From: Candidatus Saccharimonadota bacterium
GTDB taxonomy: Archaea > Nanohalarchaeota > Nanosalinia > Nanosalinales > Nanosalinaceae
Length of the DNA: 32,000 bases
Assembly: GCF_029232205.1 (NCBI RefSeq)
Contig: NZ_CP107255.1
Span: 1,014,960 to 1,046,959 of the forward strand
Direction: 5' to 3'
Shown here piece after piece: positions 16,295 through 23,790 of the stretch. Within the stretch, counting starts at the first letter, position 1; each line of letters begins with the position of its first letter. The notes below the pieces were generated by a model that did no database searches, was not told the DNA's origin, and saw only the letters and a list, made by a program, of their open reading frames with translations. The position numbers were made by a program, and so were the translations under genes.

Positions 16295-16980
16295 AGGTCT
16301 TCACTATTTTGCAGTTCTGTCTCAGGCGTTATATCTATCTCTACAAAGTACTTCTGGCCGTTGACCTCAAAGAATCCGTTCTCATGAGGAGGAAAGCTCA
16401 GAGCTCTCAGCCTGTCAATCAGGTCGCCGGCCCGCACCTTCTCATCCAGATCGATCTCAGCAACATCATCCAGTTCATTCCTGTAATGAGTCTGGCCTGT
16501 GGAGAGATCCTGACTGCGGCCTTTTACTCCCTTCTTGATCTCAGGCCAGGCCTCTTTGAACAGCAGAACTGATTCGGACTTCAATCGCTCATAAAGATCT
16601 TTTGCAGTATCCTCTGGTTTGACAGGAACCTCCATCTGGTCGATGATCGGACCTTCATCTATTCCTTCCGCCATGTAGTGTATTGATACTCCTGCAGGGG
16701 TTCCATCAAGTAGAGGCCACATATAAGGATATGAGCCACGGTTGTAAGGCAGGAGCGATGGATGTACGTTGACTACTCCTTTCTCCGGTATCTCGATTAT
16801 CTCTTCCGGCACCTTGTGCTCGAATCCTGCAGAAATAACGATTTCGGGTTCAAGCTCTTTGATAAGGCCTAGCTGATCTTTTTCTGTAAGTAAGGCCTTT
16901 ACTTCTACATCTTCTTGCTGGTTCAGCCAGTTGTAGATCTGTTCTCCAGCATCGTTGATTCCCAGAAATACTGCTTCCAT
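16291..16980 (-). CDS. Formyltransferase (Fmt/ArnA N-terminal-domain-like), probably acting on a nucleotide-linked amino sugar
   Basis: 229 aa. NVHPSLLPYNRG supplies the Asn and His, and GIDEGPII supplies the Asp of the formyltransferase catalytic triad. The gene sits in a glycosylation island. Confidence 0.75.
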   Translation of the reverse strand: MEAVFLGINDAGEQIYNWLNQQEDVEVKALLTEKDQLGLIKELEPEIVISAGFEHKVPEEIIEIPEKGVVNVHPSLLPYNRGSYPYMWPLLDGTPAGVSIHYMAEGIDEGPIIDQMEVPVKPEDTAKDLYERLKSESVLLFKEAWPEIKKGVKGRSQDLSTGQTHYRNELDDVAEIDLDEKVRAGDLIDRLRALSFPPHENGFFEVNGQKYFVEIDITPETELQNSEDL

Positions 16981-16985
16981 AATTT

Positions 16986-17297
16986 TTACCTGTTGTCGCC
17001 ACTTCCGTGTAGTTTGTCGCGTTCTTTCCTGTCCAGCAGCTTATCTAGATTTCTATCAGCGATATCGGAGAGGTCATAACCTAATTCATCTGCAAGACGC
17101 GTTAAATACCAGAGGACATCTCCAAGCTCATCTCTGGTTTCCTCTCCAAGCTCTTTGTCATCTCTGATCGATTTCTTTACTTTTTCAGCTACTTCGCCGG
17201 CCTCACCGTTAAGGCCTAATGCCAGATAGCTTATTTTCTGATCTTCAGGGTAGATAGCAGTCTTCTCCGTACCTTCCTGGTAGGTGTCAAACTCCAT
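16986..17297 (-). CDS. mazG: Small single-domain MazG-like nucleotide pyrophosphohydrolase
   Basis: 103 aa. LGLNGEAGEVAEKVKK...ELGDVLWYLTRLADELGYDL contains the E-x-x-E and E-x-x-D MazG motifs. Confidence 0.8.
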   Translation of the reverse strand: MEFDTYQEGTEKTAIYPEDQKISYLALGLNGEAGEVAEKVKKSIRDDKELGEETRDELGDVLWYLTRLADELGYDLSDIADRNLDKLLDRKERDKLHGSGDNR

Positions 17298-17313
17298 ACA
17301 GAAAATTTTCTGT
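17298..17313. promoter_or_regulatory. Perfect 16-bp palindrome ACAGAAAATTTTCTGT abutting the mazG ATG
   Basis: Read directly from the sequence. It lies between a TATA-like TAAATAT (minus strand, 17319-17325) and the mazG start (17297), and 29 nt downstream of the vapC stop. Confidence 0.4.
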
Positions 17314-17342
17314 CTTAGATATTTATCTTGCAGGCTTAGAGT

Positions 17343-17705
17343 TTACTCCTCGAGTTTTCTACGTTCTGTATATTTGTCGTATTCTTTATCGCTGGAGACG
17401 ATCTTCTCTCCATCGGATTTTACAAGGTGAAGAGCATCGAAAGGCGTCATTTCTTCCTGCTGTACGTAGGCTGCAGCAGACTCAATGTCTTTACTGTCTC
17501 CTCTAACTTCCAGAAGTTCAATTGTCTCGGATACAGTCTTCAGGACATTTCTATCTTCTCTATAAGCCACAAGCATCAGTTCAAGCAGAGTATATTCTGA
17601 TGTCCACAGATCTTTCCTGTTCTCCCTGTATATCTGCTCTGCTTTATCCGAAAGCCAGTCATCTTCCTTTAGAAGTGCGAGAATAAAATCTGTTTCAACA
17701 TACAT
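17343..17705 (-). CDS. vapC: PIN-domain ribonuclease toxin (VapC-like)
   Basis: 120 aa. Acidic residues are in the PIN pattern (VETDFILALL, TSEYTLLEL, PFDALHLV, SSDKEYD). The start overlaps the stop of the upstream antitoxin gene by 1 nt. Confidence 0.72.
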   Translation of the reverse strand: MYVETDFILALLKEDDWLSDKAEQIYRENRKDLWTSEYTLLELMLVAYREDRNVLKTVSETIELLEVRGDSKDIESAAAYVQQEEMTPFDALHLVKSDGEKIVSSDKEYDKYTERRKLEE

Positions 17706-17929
17706 CAGTTACCTGCCTCTTCCATACCCTGTTTCAGCGCTCCCTCTTTCAGCTCATCTGCAGACTTGTCCACACCCTCAAACTCCTCTCTAAGCGTCTC
17801 CAGAGGATTATCCGATACAGGAACCAGCACAATACCATCATCTCTCTCGACGATATGGAACTTCTCCCCGAACTTCTCACGAAGATCCTTCGGAATATAG
17901 ACACGGCCATTATCAGCAGTCGTTACCAT
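17705..17929 (-). CDS. vapB: AbrB/SpoVT-fold antitoxin (VapB-like)
   Basis: 74 aa. GRVYIPKDLREKFG...IVLVPV is the swapped-hairpin AbrB/MazE-type motif. It lies immediately upstream of the PIN gene. Confidence 0.72.
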   Translation of the reverse strand: MVTTADNGRVYIPKDLREKFGEKFHIVERDDGIVLVPVSDNPLETLREEFEGVDKSADELKEGALKQGMEEAGN

Positions 17930-18015
17930 AGAGAAAGAATTAATGTCAAAATTTAAGTTATTTTAGTAAAGTATCCCGAACAAACTTGATAGAAATAAAG
18001 AGAAGAAAAAAGGCC

Positions 18016-18933
18016 TCACATGTAGCCAAGATCTCGTAGCTTGTTCATGATCTCTTTTTCATCTTTGTTCTGGGCCCTACCTGCTCTTTCCTTTGTGTTC
18101 TCTACATCCTGCAGCCATGCAGGAATTTCGTCGGACTTGTCTGTTGAAATCTCTGATCCTAGGCTTCTGAATCCTGCCCAGTACTTTGGACTGATAGGTA
18201 CGTCGTCCTGTGAAAGGCCTTCCGGCAGATCAGCTTCTTCTTCAGGATACTCGGAGATCTCTACTCCTGTGATGTCTGGTACCATGTGGAACCATGATGC
18301 GTCCCAGATGTCTCTTTCTGTAAGCTGTAGGATCGGGTGTACTCTCATGTGTTCCGGGTTGTCTCTTGGAGAGTAGAAGTCTTCGTCGCCTCGGGATTCG
18401 TGTTCATCCCACCGGACTCCATTAATTACGGCCTCGATTCCTTCTTCCTCCAGTAGTTCGTTCATAGGAACAGTCTTGAGAAGGTGGTTTCCGGATTCCG
18501 TGTCCATAAGCCACTGAACCTCTTCAAGTTCTTCGTCGATTCTCTTGGCCTCTTCCTGGTTGCGGTCGTTGAGCTCTGCGACAGGCACATAGTCTCCTGG
18601 TTCGTCGGCCTGGTCGATTAGATCGTCGTTTCTTGCGACCATGACTTCGAATCCCCAGTTTTCAGCTAGTCTTTCAACGTACTCTTCAAGTTCGTCAAAG
18701 TGCTGGCCGTGGTCCACGAACATGAATCTTGGTTTCTCAATGTCGTGTTCCTCGCAGACTCTCTTGACAAGCCATGCGGTTACTGTGGAGTCCTTTCCTC
18801 CTGTGAAACCGATTACAGTATTGGAAGGATCGTACTCTTCCAGTGCTCGCTTGACGACTTCTTCTCCTGCTCTGATTTTAGCTTTTAGTGGTGCGTTCTC
18901 AATTTCGTCTCGTGTTACCGGTGCTTCTGGCAT
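18016..18933 (-). CDS. CysD-like PP-loop ATP pyrophosphatase (sulfate adenylyltransferase subunit 2 / PAPS-reductase family)
   Basis: 305 aa. It has the PP-loop FTGGKDSTV. It appears colinear with E. coli CysD as I recall it: FVDHGQHFDELEEY, NGVRWDEHESRGDEDFYSPRD, RVHPILQLTERDIW, FRSLGS, and a C-terminal ...KLRDLGYM against ...KKRQGYF. No cysN-like GTPase gene is present in the window. Confidence 0.75.
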   Translation of the reverse strand: MPEAPVTRDEIENAPLKAKIRAGEEVVKRALEEYDPSNTVIGFTGGKDSTVTAWLVKRVCEEHDIEKPRFMFVDHGQHFDELEEYVERLAENWGFEVMVARNDDLIDQADEPGDYVPVAELNDRNQEEAKRIDEELEEVQWLMDTESGNHLLKTVPMNELLEEEGIEAVINGVRWDEHESRGDEDFYSPRDNPEHMRVHPILQLTERDIWDASWFHMVPDITGVEISEYPEEEADLPEGLSQDDVPISPKYWAGFRSLGSEISTDKSDEIPAWLQDVENTKERAGRAQNKDEKEIMNKLRDLGYM

Positions 18934-18937
18934 TAGT

Positions 18938-18955
18938 GAAAAACCTCCGTTTTTC
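18938..18955 (-). promoter_or_regulatory. Hairpin GAAAAAC-GGAG-GTTTTTC (minus-strand sense) presenting a GGAGG Shine-Dalgarno-like element upstream of the CysD-like ATG
   Basis: Perfect 7-bp stem read from the sequence. GGAGG lies 10 nt upstream of the ATG at 18933. A second perfect 7-bp hairpin, GAAATGC-TGT-GCATTTC, lies at 18966-18982. Confidence 0.35.
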
Positions 18956-18998
18956 TGGTAATACAGAAATGCTGTGCATTTCGCATTATGTGTTTCAC

Positions 18999-19190
18999 CT
19001 AGTTCAAGTAGCCTAGATCTTCAAGCTTCTGAGCGATTTCCTTGGCCTCATCATCAGAGAGATCCTCGGAACTATCCTCAGACTCAGAAAGCTCCCTTAA
19101 CTTATCCTGAACAAACCTGGAGAGATTAATATGATTCTCATCCACAAACTCCGCCAGATCCTCAGGCAAGGAAATAGTCTTCCTCGGCAT
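18999..19190 (-). CDS. Small ribbon-helix-helix (CopG-like) protein with an acidic tail
   Basis: MPRKTISLPEDLAEFVDENHINLSRFVQDKLREL has the RHH pattern. The ORF track begins at a TTG at 19208, but the ATG at 19190 is more plausible. Confidence 0.62.
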   Translation of the reverse strand: MPRKTISLPEDLAEFVDENHINLSRFVQDKLRELSESEDSSEDLSDDEAKEIAQKLEDLGYLN

Positions 19191-19271
19191 AATGCATAAC
19201 TTATGCAAGATGCTTCTTAAAGGCCTCGGCCCGGACGAAGTTTAAACAGTTTATAGGAATTAAGATTACGT

Positions 19272-20822
19272 ATGAGCGATGCCGATCAAAAAGCCCTGAA
19301 CGCACTGGCCAAAGGAGCCGGCGTAACAGCTATCGGCATGATGGTATCAAAGGCCTTGACCTATCTCTACCGGGTTTCAATCGCACGATATGTAGGGCCT
19401 GACGCATACGGTCAGCTATCCCTTGCACTGATGGTTACAGGAATAGTAAGTACCGTAGCATACCTGGCGGTGGGTAACGGCCTGAAGAAATTCATACCAG
19501 AGTTCAGAACCCGAGACGATATGGCCAGCATCAAGGGAATAGTGCTGAATGCTCTAGAACTTACAGTTCCTCTCTCACTTGTTCTGTTTGGCCTTGTGTT
19601 TTTCGGCGCAGAGTTCATAGCAACCACTTTCTTCGATAATACAGCAATAATACCTCTGATCAAGATCCTTTCATTCACTATTCCTATTGGAACTCTTGTC
19701 AGCATATTCTTCGATACCACGCTCGGATTCAACAAAATAATATACAAGACAGGAACCGTCAGAATACTGCAGAACGTTGTACAGCTCGGAGTAACCCTGG
19801 CCCTTCTATTCCTAGGATTCAACGTAGTGAGTGCAGCTTGGGGATGGTTGGCAGGAACAACACTCTCCGCCATACTCGGATTCTACTTCATGGAGAAGAA
19901 AGTCGGGCCAATACTCTTCTCCGATGTAAAGGCCAAACATCATAGGAAAAAGCTACTCCATTTTTCAGCCCCTTTGCTTCTATCAGGAATAATAGGAACT
20001 CTGCTAGGATGGGCTGATACAGGAATGCTGGGATACTACATGACAGACTACGAAGTAGGCCTGTACAATGCAGCGCTACCAACAGCAATGCTGATACTAC
20101 TTCCTCACAAGGCCATTGGTAGTTTGGCAATCACATCCTTCTCCGAACTAAAGGAAAGAGATGCAGAAAGTATAGAGGCCTCAATGCAGACTGCAACCCG
20201 ATGGGTATTCTCACTAGTACTTCCAACATTCCTTATACTGCTTCTTTTCTCAGAAACCATCCTGCAAATCCTCTGGGGTGGCCAGTACACAGAAGCATCC
20301 TTCGCGCTCTCAATCCTAGCCTGTGGATACCTAATTAACGCAACTGTTGGCAGAGTCGGTAGCTTCCTCAACTCCACAGGACATACAAGATACATACTCT
20401 ACAACAACATCGCTGCATTAACGCTCAACCTCATCCTAAACATCCTACTGATACCTATCTACGGAATAATAGGCGCAGCAATCGCCACAGCAACATCCAC
20501 AATCCTGACGAATGTATTGATGTTCGCAGAGGTCTGGAGAAAAGAAGACGTAGTCAGCATACCATTCACACCAGCACTCAAAATAACGATTACAGGCCTA
20601 CTTGCCTTGTTGCCTGTTATAGGTCTTGACAGAGTTTTATTCAAAAATACGCCTTACTGGTTCCTGGTTCCTGCTGGTTTGATTTATGGCCTAACATATA
20701 TGGCACTATACCTGGCGATAGTAGGTCTAAGAGAGGAAGAAAGAGAAGTACTAAAGAGAGTAGGAGAGTTAATAGGGAGAGAAAAGGAAATAGAGAAAAT
20801 TCTAGGGCTAATTATCTCTTAG
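19272..20822 (+). CDS. Oligosaccharide/polysaccharide flippase (Wzx/RfbX-type, MOP superfamily)
   Basis: 516 aa with about 14 hydrophobic segments. The N-terminus (GAGVTAIGMMVSKALTYLYRVSIARYVGPDAYG) is typical of polysaccharide biosynthesis proteins. Confidence 0.8.
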   Translation: MSDADQKALNALAKGAGVTAIGMMVSKALTYLYRVSIARYVGPDAYGQLSLALMVTGIVSTVAYLAVGNGLKKFIPEFRTRDDMASIKGIVLNALELTVPLSLVLFGLVFFGAEFIATTFFDNTAIIPLIKILSFTIPIGTLVSIFFDTTLGFNKIIYKTGTVRILQNVVQLGVTLALLFLGFNVVSAAWGWLAGTTLSAILGFYFMEKKVGPILFSDVKAKHHRKKLLHFSAPLLLSGIIGTLLGWADTGMLGYYMTDYEVGLYNAALPTAMLILLPHKAIGSLAITSFSELKERDAESIEASMQTATRWVFSLVLPTFLILLLFSETILQILWGGQYTEASFALSILACGYLINATVGRVGSFLNSTGHTRYILYNNIAALTLNLILNILLIPIYGIIGAAIATATSTILTNVLMFAEVWRKEDVVSIPFTPALKITITGLLALLPVIGLDRVLFKNTPYWFLVPAGLIYGLTYMALYLAIVGLREEEREVLKRVGELIGREKEIEKILGLIIS

Positions 20823-21539
20823 ATCGAACTCTCTGTTGGCCTTTCTCAATCTCTCCGGAGTGCCAACATCTATACGAGTTCCGATAATATCTCTGTAGCC
20901 AACATTATCATTTCTCTGTCGGAGAATATCAATGGCATCGGTTAGCTGATATTCTCCTCCTTTACCCTTCTCGACGTCTTCTATGGCATTGAAGATCTCT
21001 GGCTCAAAAACATACATACCAGAGATAGCGATATCGGATGGCGCCTCATCTTCAGAAGGCTTCTCAACCATTCCCTTCACTCTGTTGTCTTCATCAACAT
21101 CCAAGACGCCGTAAGAAGTTACATCATCAGGCCTGAAAGTTCCGATTGTAGTATCAAACTCTTTATTGCTGTGGAATTCAACCAGATCTTTCAAAGCTTT
21201 TTTATCATCGACATAATTATCGCCAAGCACAACTGCAAAAGATTCTTCACCTACAACATGTTCTCCTGCTTTTACAGCTCCGGCAAGACCATTCCTATCA
21301 TCTTGAACAACATAGGTTAGCTGAACTCCATAATCATCTCCGGAACCAAGGTAGTCTAGAATAGCATGCTGTTTCCATCCAACAACGATCACAATATCGG
21401 TGATACCTGCGTGTTTCATATCTTCAATGCAGTGTTCAATTACTGCTTTCTCACCTACAGGAAGAAGTTCCTTAGGGTACGCATTTGTAAACGGTTCCAT
21501 TCTTGTGCCTTTACCGGCAGCCGGAATCAAGCCTTTCAT
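20808..21539 (-). CDS. Sugar-1-phosphate nucleotidyltransferase (GalU/AglF-like UTP-glucose-1-phosphate uridylyltransferase type)
   Basis: MKGLIPAAGKGTRMEPFTNAYPKELLPVG shows an intact G-x-G-T-R loop and a K-E-L-L-P segment. The ORF track starts at 21575, but the ATG at 21539 fits the family N-terminus and the TATA spacing. Confidence 0.85.
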   Translation of the reverse strand: MKGLIPAAGKGTRMEPFTNAYPKELLPVGEKAVIEHCIEDMKHAGITDIVIVVGWKQHAILDYLGSGDDYGVQLTYVVQDDRNGLAGAVKAGEHVVGEESFAVVLGDNYVDDKKALKDLVEFHSNKEFDTTIGTFRPDDVTSYGVLDVDEDNRVKGMVEKPSEDEAPSDIAISGMYVFEPEIFNAIEDVEKGKGGEYQLTDAIDILRQRNDNVGYRDIIGTRIDVGTPERLRKANREFDLRDN

Positions 21540-21560
21540 AACACAGAATAATGGCTCTTG

Positions 21561-21570
21561 ATATTTTTTA
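21561..21570. promoter_or_regulatory. Single AT-rich TATA-like element ATATTTTTTA shared by a divergent gene pair
   Basis: It is centred about 29 nt from the ATG at 21595 on the plus strand and about 27 nt from the ATG at 21539 on the minus strand. Confidence 0.4.
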
Positions 21571-21594
21571 TGCATACGCCTCTAAACTATAGAT

Positions 21595-22893
21595 ATGGAT
21601 ATCAGCATTGTAGGAACAGGCTACGTTGGGCTGCCAGCAGGAGCAGGCCTCGCATCCAAAGGCAATCACAACGTAACATGTGTCGATATCGACGAAGAAA
21701 AGGTAGAGAAGATAAACAACGGAGAATGTCCTATCTACGAGGAAGATCTACCGGAGCTCCTTGAAAAAATGGTTGAGGACGGGAAACTTTCTGCAACCAC
21801 AAACACCAGCGATGCTGTACACAACTCTGAGATAACCTTTCTTGCAGTAGGCACCCCTATGCAGGAAGATGGAAGCATCAATCTTGACTACATCAAACAG
21901 GCCGCGGAAGACATAGGAGAGGGCCTGAGAGATAAAGAAGAATATCATGTAGTTGTGGTCAAGAGCACGGTAGTGCCTGGTACAACTGAGAACGAAGTAA
22001 TACCTAGAATTGAGGAAAAATCAGGTAAGAAAGCTGGCGAAGACTTCGGAGTATGTATGAACCCAGAGTTCCTGCGAGAAGGAACAGCACTGAACGACTT
22101 TCTGAATCCAGATAGAATTGTAATAGGAGAACTTGACGAAAAATCAGGAAGCAAGATAGAAGAAATGTATTCCGCGTTCGACGTACCGAAGATAAGAACT
22201 TCTCTACAGGCAGCAGAACTGATAAAATATGCATCGAACTCTTTGCTTGCCACCAAGATCTCATTCATCAACGAAATTGGAAACCTGTGTAAGGAACTGA
22301 ATATTGATGTATACGAAGTAGCAGACGGAGTAGGCCTCGACCACAGAATTAACAGAGACTTCCTAGACTCTGGAGCGGGCTTTGGAGGATCGTGTTTCCC
22401 TAAAGACGTCAGAGCGCTGGCCTCATTCATGGAAGAAAAAAATCTTGACCCAAAAATACTGAATGACACCATCCAGGTAAACGAAGAACAGAAAACCAAA
22501 CTCGTCGAACAACTACAAGACCACTATCCAGATCTCTCAGGTAAGACAATAGCAGTACTAGGTCTAGCATTCAAACCAGGAACCGACGACATAAGACAGT
22601 CTCCAGCAATCGATATAATCTCCGAACTCAAATATCTCGGAGCAGAAGTGAAGGCCTATGACCCAAAAGCAATAGAGAACATGAAACAAAAACATCCAGA
22701 AATCCAGTACACTTCAAACTATGAAGAGGCCTTAAAAGATGCTGACGCAGCCCTAATAGTAACAGACTGGAAAGAATTCAACCAGATCTCACGAGAAGAC
22801 CTACAGGAAATGAACAAGGCCTTGATACTGGAAGGAAGAAGAATGGAATACAAAATAGACAAAGAAAACAGGAAGGGAGTGACGTGGCCATGA
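21595..22893 (+). CDS. ugd: UDP-glucose 6-dehydrogenase (AglM-type)
   Basis: 432 aa. It has the ISIVGTGYVGL Rossmann motif, the catalytic GFGGSCFPKD and the C-terminal GLAFKPGTDDIRQSPA. Confidence 0.92.
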   Translation: MDISIVGTGYVGLPAGAGLASKGNHNVTCVDIDEEKVEKINNGECPIYEEDLPELLEKMVEDGKLSATTNTSDAVHNSEITFLAVGTPMQEDGSINLDYIKQAAEDIGEGLRDKEEYHVVVVKSTVVPGTTENEVIPRIEEKSGKKAGEDFGVCMNPEFLREGTALNDFLNPDRIVIGELDEKSGSKIEEMYSAFDVPKIRTSLQAAELIKYASNSLLATKISFINEIGNLCKELNIDVYEVADGVGLDHRINRDFLDSGAGFGGSCFPKDVRALASFMEEKNLDPKILNDTIQVNEEQKTKLVEQLQDHYPDLSGKTIAVLGLAFKPGTDDIRQSPAIDIISELKYLGAEVKAYDPKAIENMKQKHPEIQYTSNYEEALKDADAALIVTDWKEFNQISREDLQEMNKALILEGRRMEYKIDKENRKGVTWP

Positions 22894-23780
22894 AAACTAC
22901 AGTAAGTTATCCTGTAGGAGGTAGCGATTTCGCTGAAAAAGCACTTGACCTCACTAACTCAATAAGGAGAAATTCGGATGAAGTAAAGATAGTGACAGGG
23001 ATAAGAGAAGAGGAAAAAGATGAGATAGATGAAGAAACATTAAGAGAGATAAAAGAGAAGACAGAGATGCATACTATAAGAAGATCAACAGAAAAGTATC
23101 CTATTAGTGCGAAAATATCAACCATGAAAAAGGCCTCTGAGGAGGTAGATAGCGATATATTGATACACCTAGATTCTGATGTTTTTGTGGTAGACAATAT
23201 TGAAGACATATTCAAAATCCGAAATGATAAAGATTTTTTGGCTAAGCCCGTAGACTTTGGAAACCAGCATTATGCATGTAAGAAAAGCTTTAAACAATGG
23301 CAAGAGATTGCTAACGCTCTTAACAAAGATTTTAAAGGTTTAAAATATAGGAGCACTATAGATAACAACCGAATACCTCCCTACTTCAATGCAGGCGTCG
23401 TTGTATCATTCAACGATGAGTTCCCTAAAAGATGGGCTCAGGTAACAGACAAAGTATATGAAATAACTCAGAGTCGTTATTCCGACCAAATAGCATTAGG
23501 TCTACTGGAGCAAGAGTTTAAAAGAGGAAAAATAGAAGAGAAAAAAAGTTACAACCTGCCAGGACACTTTAGAGTTCCAGAAAATGTGGAAATACTAAGA
23601 TATGAAGATTACAATCATTTATTAAGATTAAAGGCTGTTTTGCGCTCAAACATAGAAGAAACCATAGATTTAGAGAATAAGTGGGAGAGTGAAAGAGACA
23701 GAGTGCGCGGACTGATTAAATCTTATAAGTTCTATCTATCTCTTCACTACCGATACCTGAGAAAAATACCAAAATTTTAG
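22890..23780 (+). CDS. GT-A fold nucleotide-diphospho-sugar transferase (GT8-like, D-x-D)
   Basis: LIHLDSDVFVV contains D-x-D, and PPYFNAGVVV is GT8-like. It is a paralog of the product of 30900..31664. The ATG at 22890 overlaps the ugd stop in an ATGA arrangement; the ORF track starts at a GTG at 22884. Confidence 0.55.
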   Translation: MKTTVSYPVGGSDFAEKALDLTNSIRRNSDEVKIVTGIREEEKDEIDEETLREIKEKTEMHTIRRSTEKYPISAKISTMKKASEEVDSDILIHLDSDVFVVDNIEDIFKIRNDKDFLAKPVDFGNQHYACKKSFKQWQEIANALNKDFKGLKYRSTIDNNRIPPYFNAGVVVSFNDEFPKRWAQVTDKVYEITQSRYSDQIALGLLEQEFKRGKIEEKKSYNLPGHFRVPENVEILRYEDYNHLLRLKAVLRSNIEETIDLENKWESERDRVRGLIKSYKFYLSLHYRYLRKIPKF

Positions 23781-23790
23781 AAACAGCGCC

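Noticed and set aside
16291-16980. Methionyl-tRNA formyltransferase as the literal function of the Fmt-like gene
   Set aside because: Archaeal translation initiates with unformylated Met. The gene context is nucleotide-sugar modification.
18016-18933. The PP-loop protein as a DndC/SspD-type DNA phosphorothioation (defence) component
   Set aside because: It appears colinear with CysD along its full length, including the terminal GY-hydrophobic tail. No dnd/ssp partner genes (cysteine desulfurase, DndB/D/E, nuclease) are in the neighbourhood. Only a phylogeny could settle this.
18016-19190. The shared ...LGY(M/LN) C-termini as proteasome-docking HbYX motifs
   Set aside because: HbYX requires a hydrophobic residue followed by Tyr at the penultimate position. 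Here Gly precedes Tyr, and in the RHH protein Tyr is third from the end. The tail resembles the native CysD-family terminus instead.
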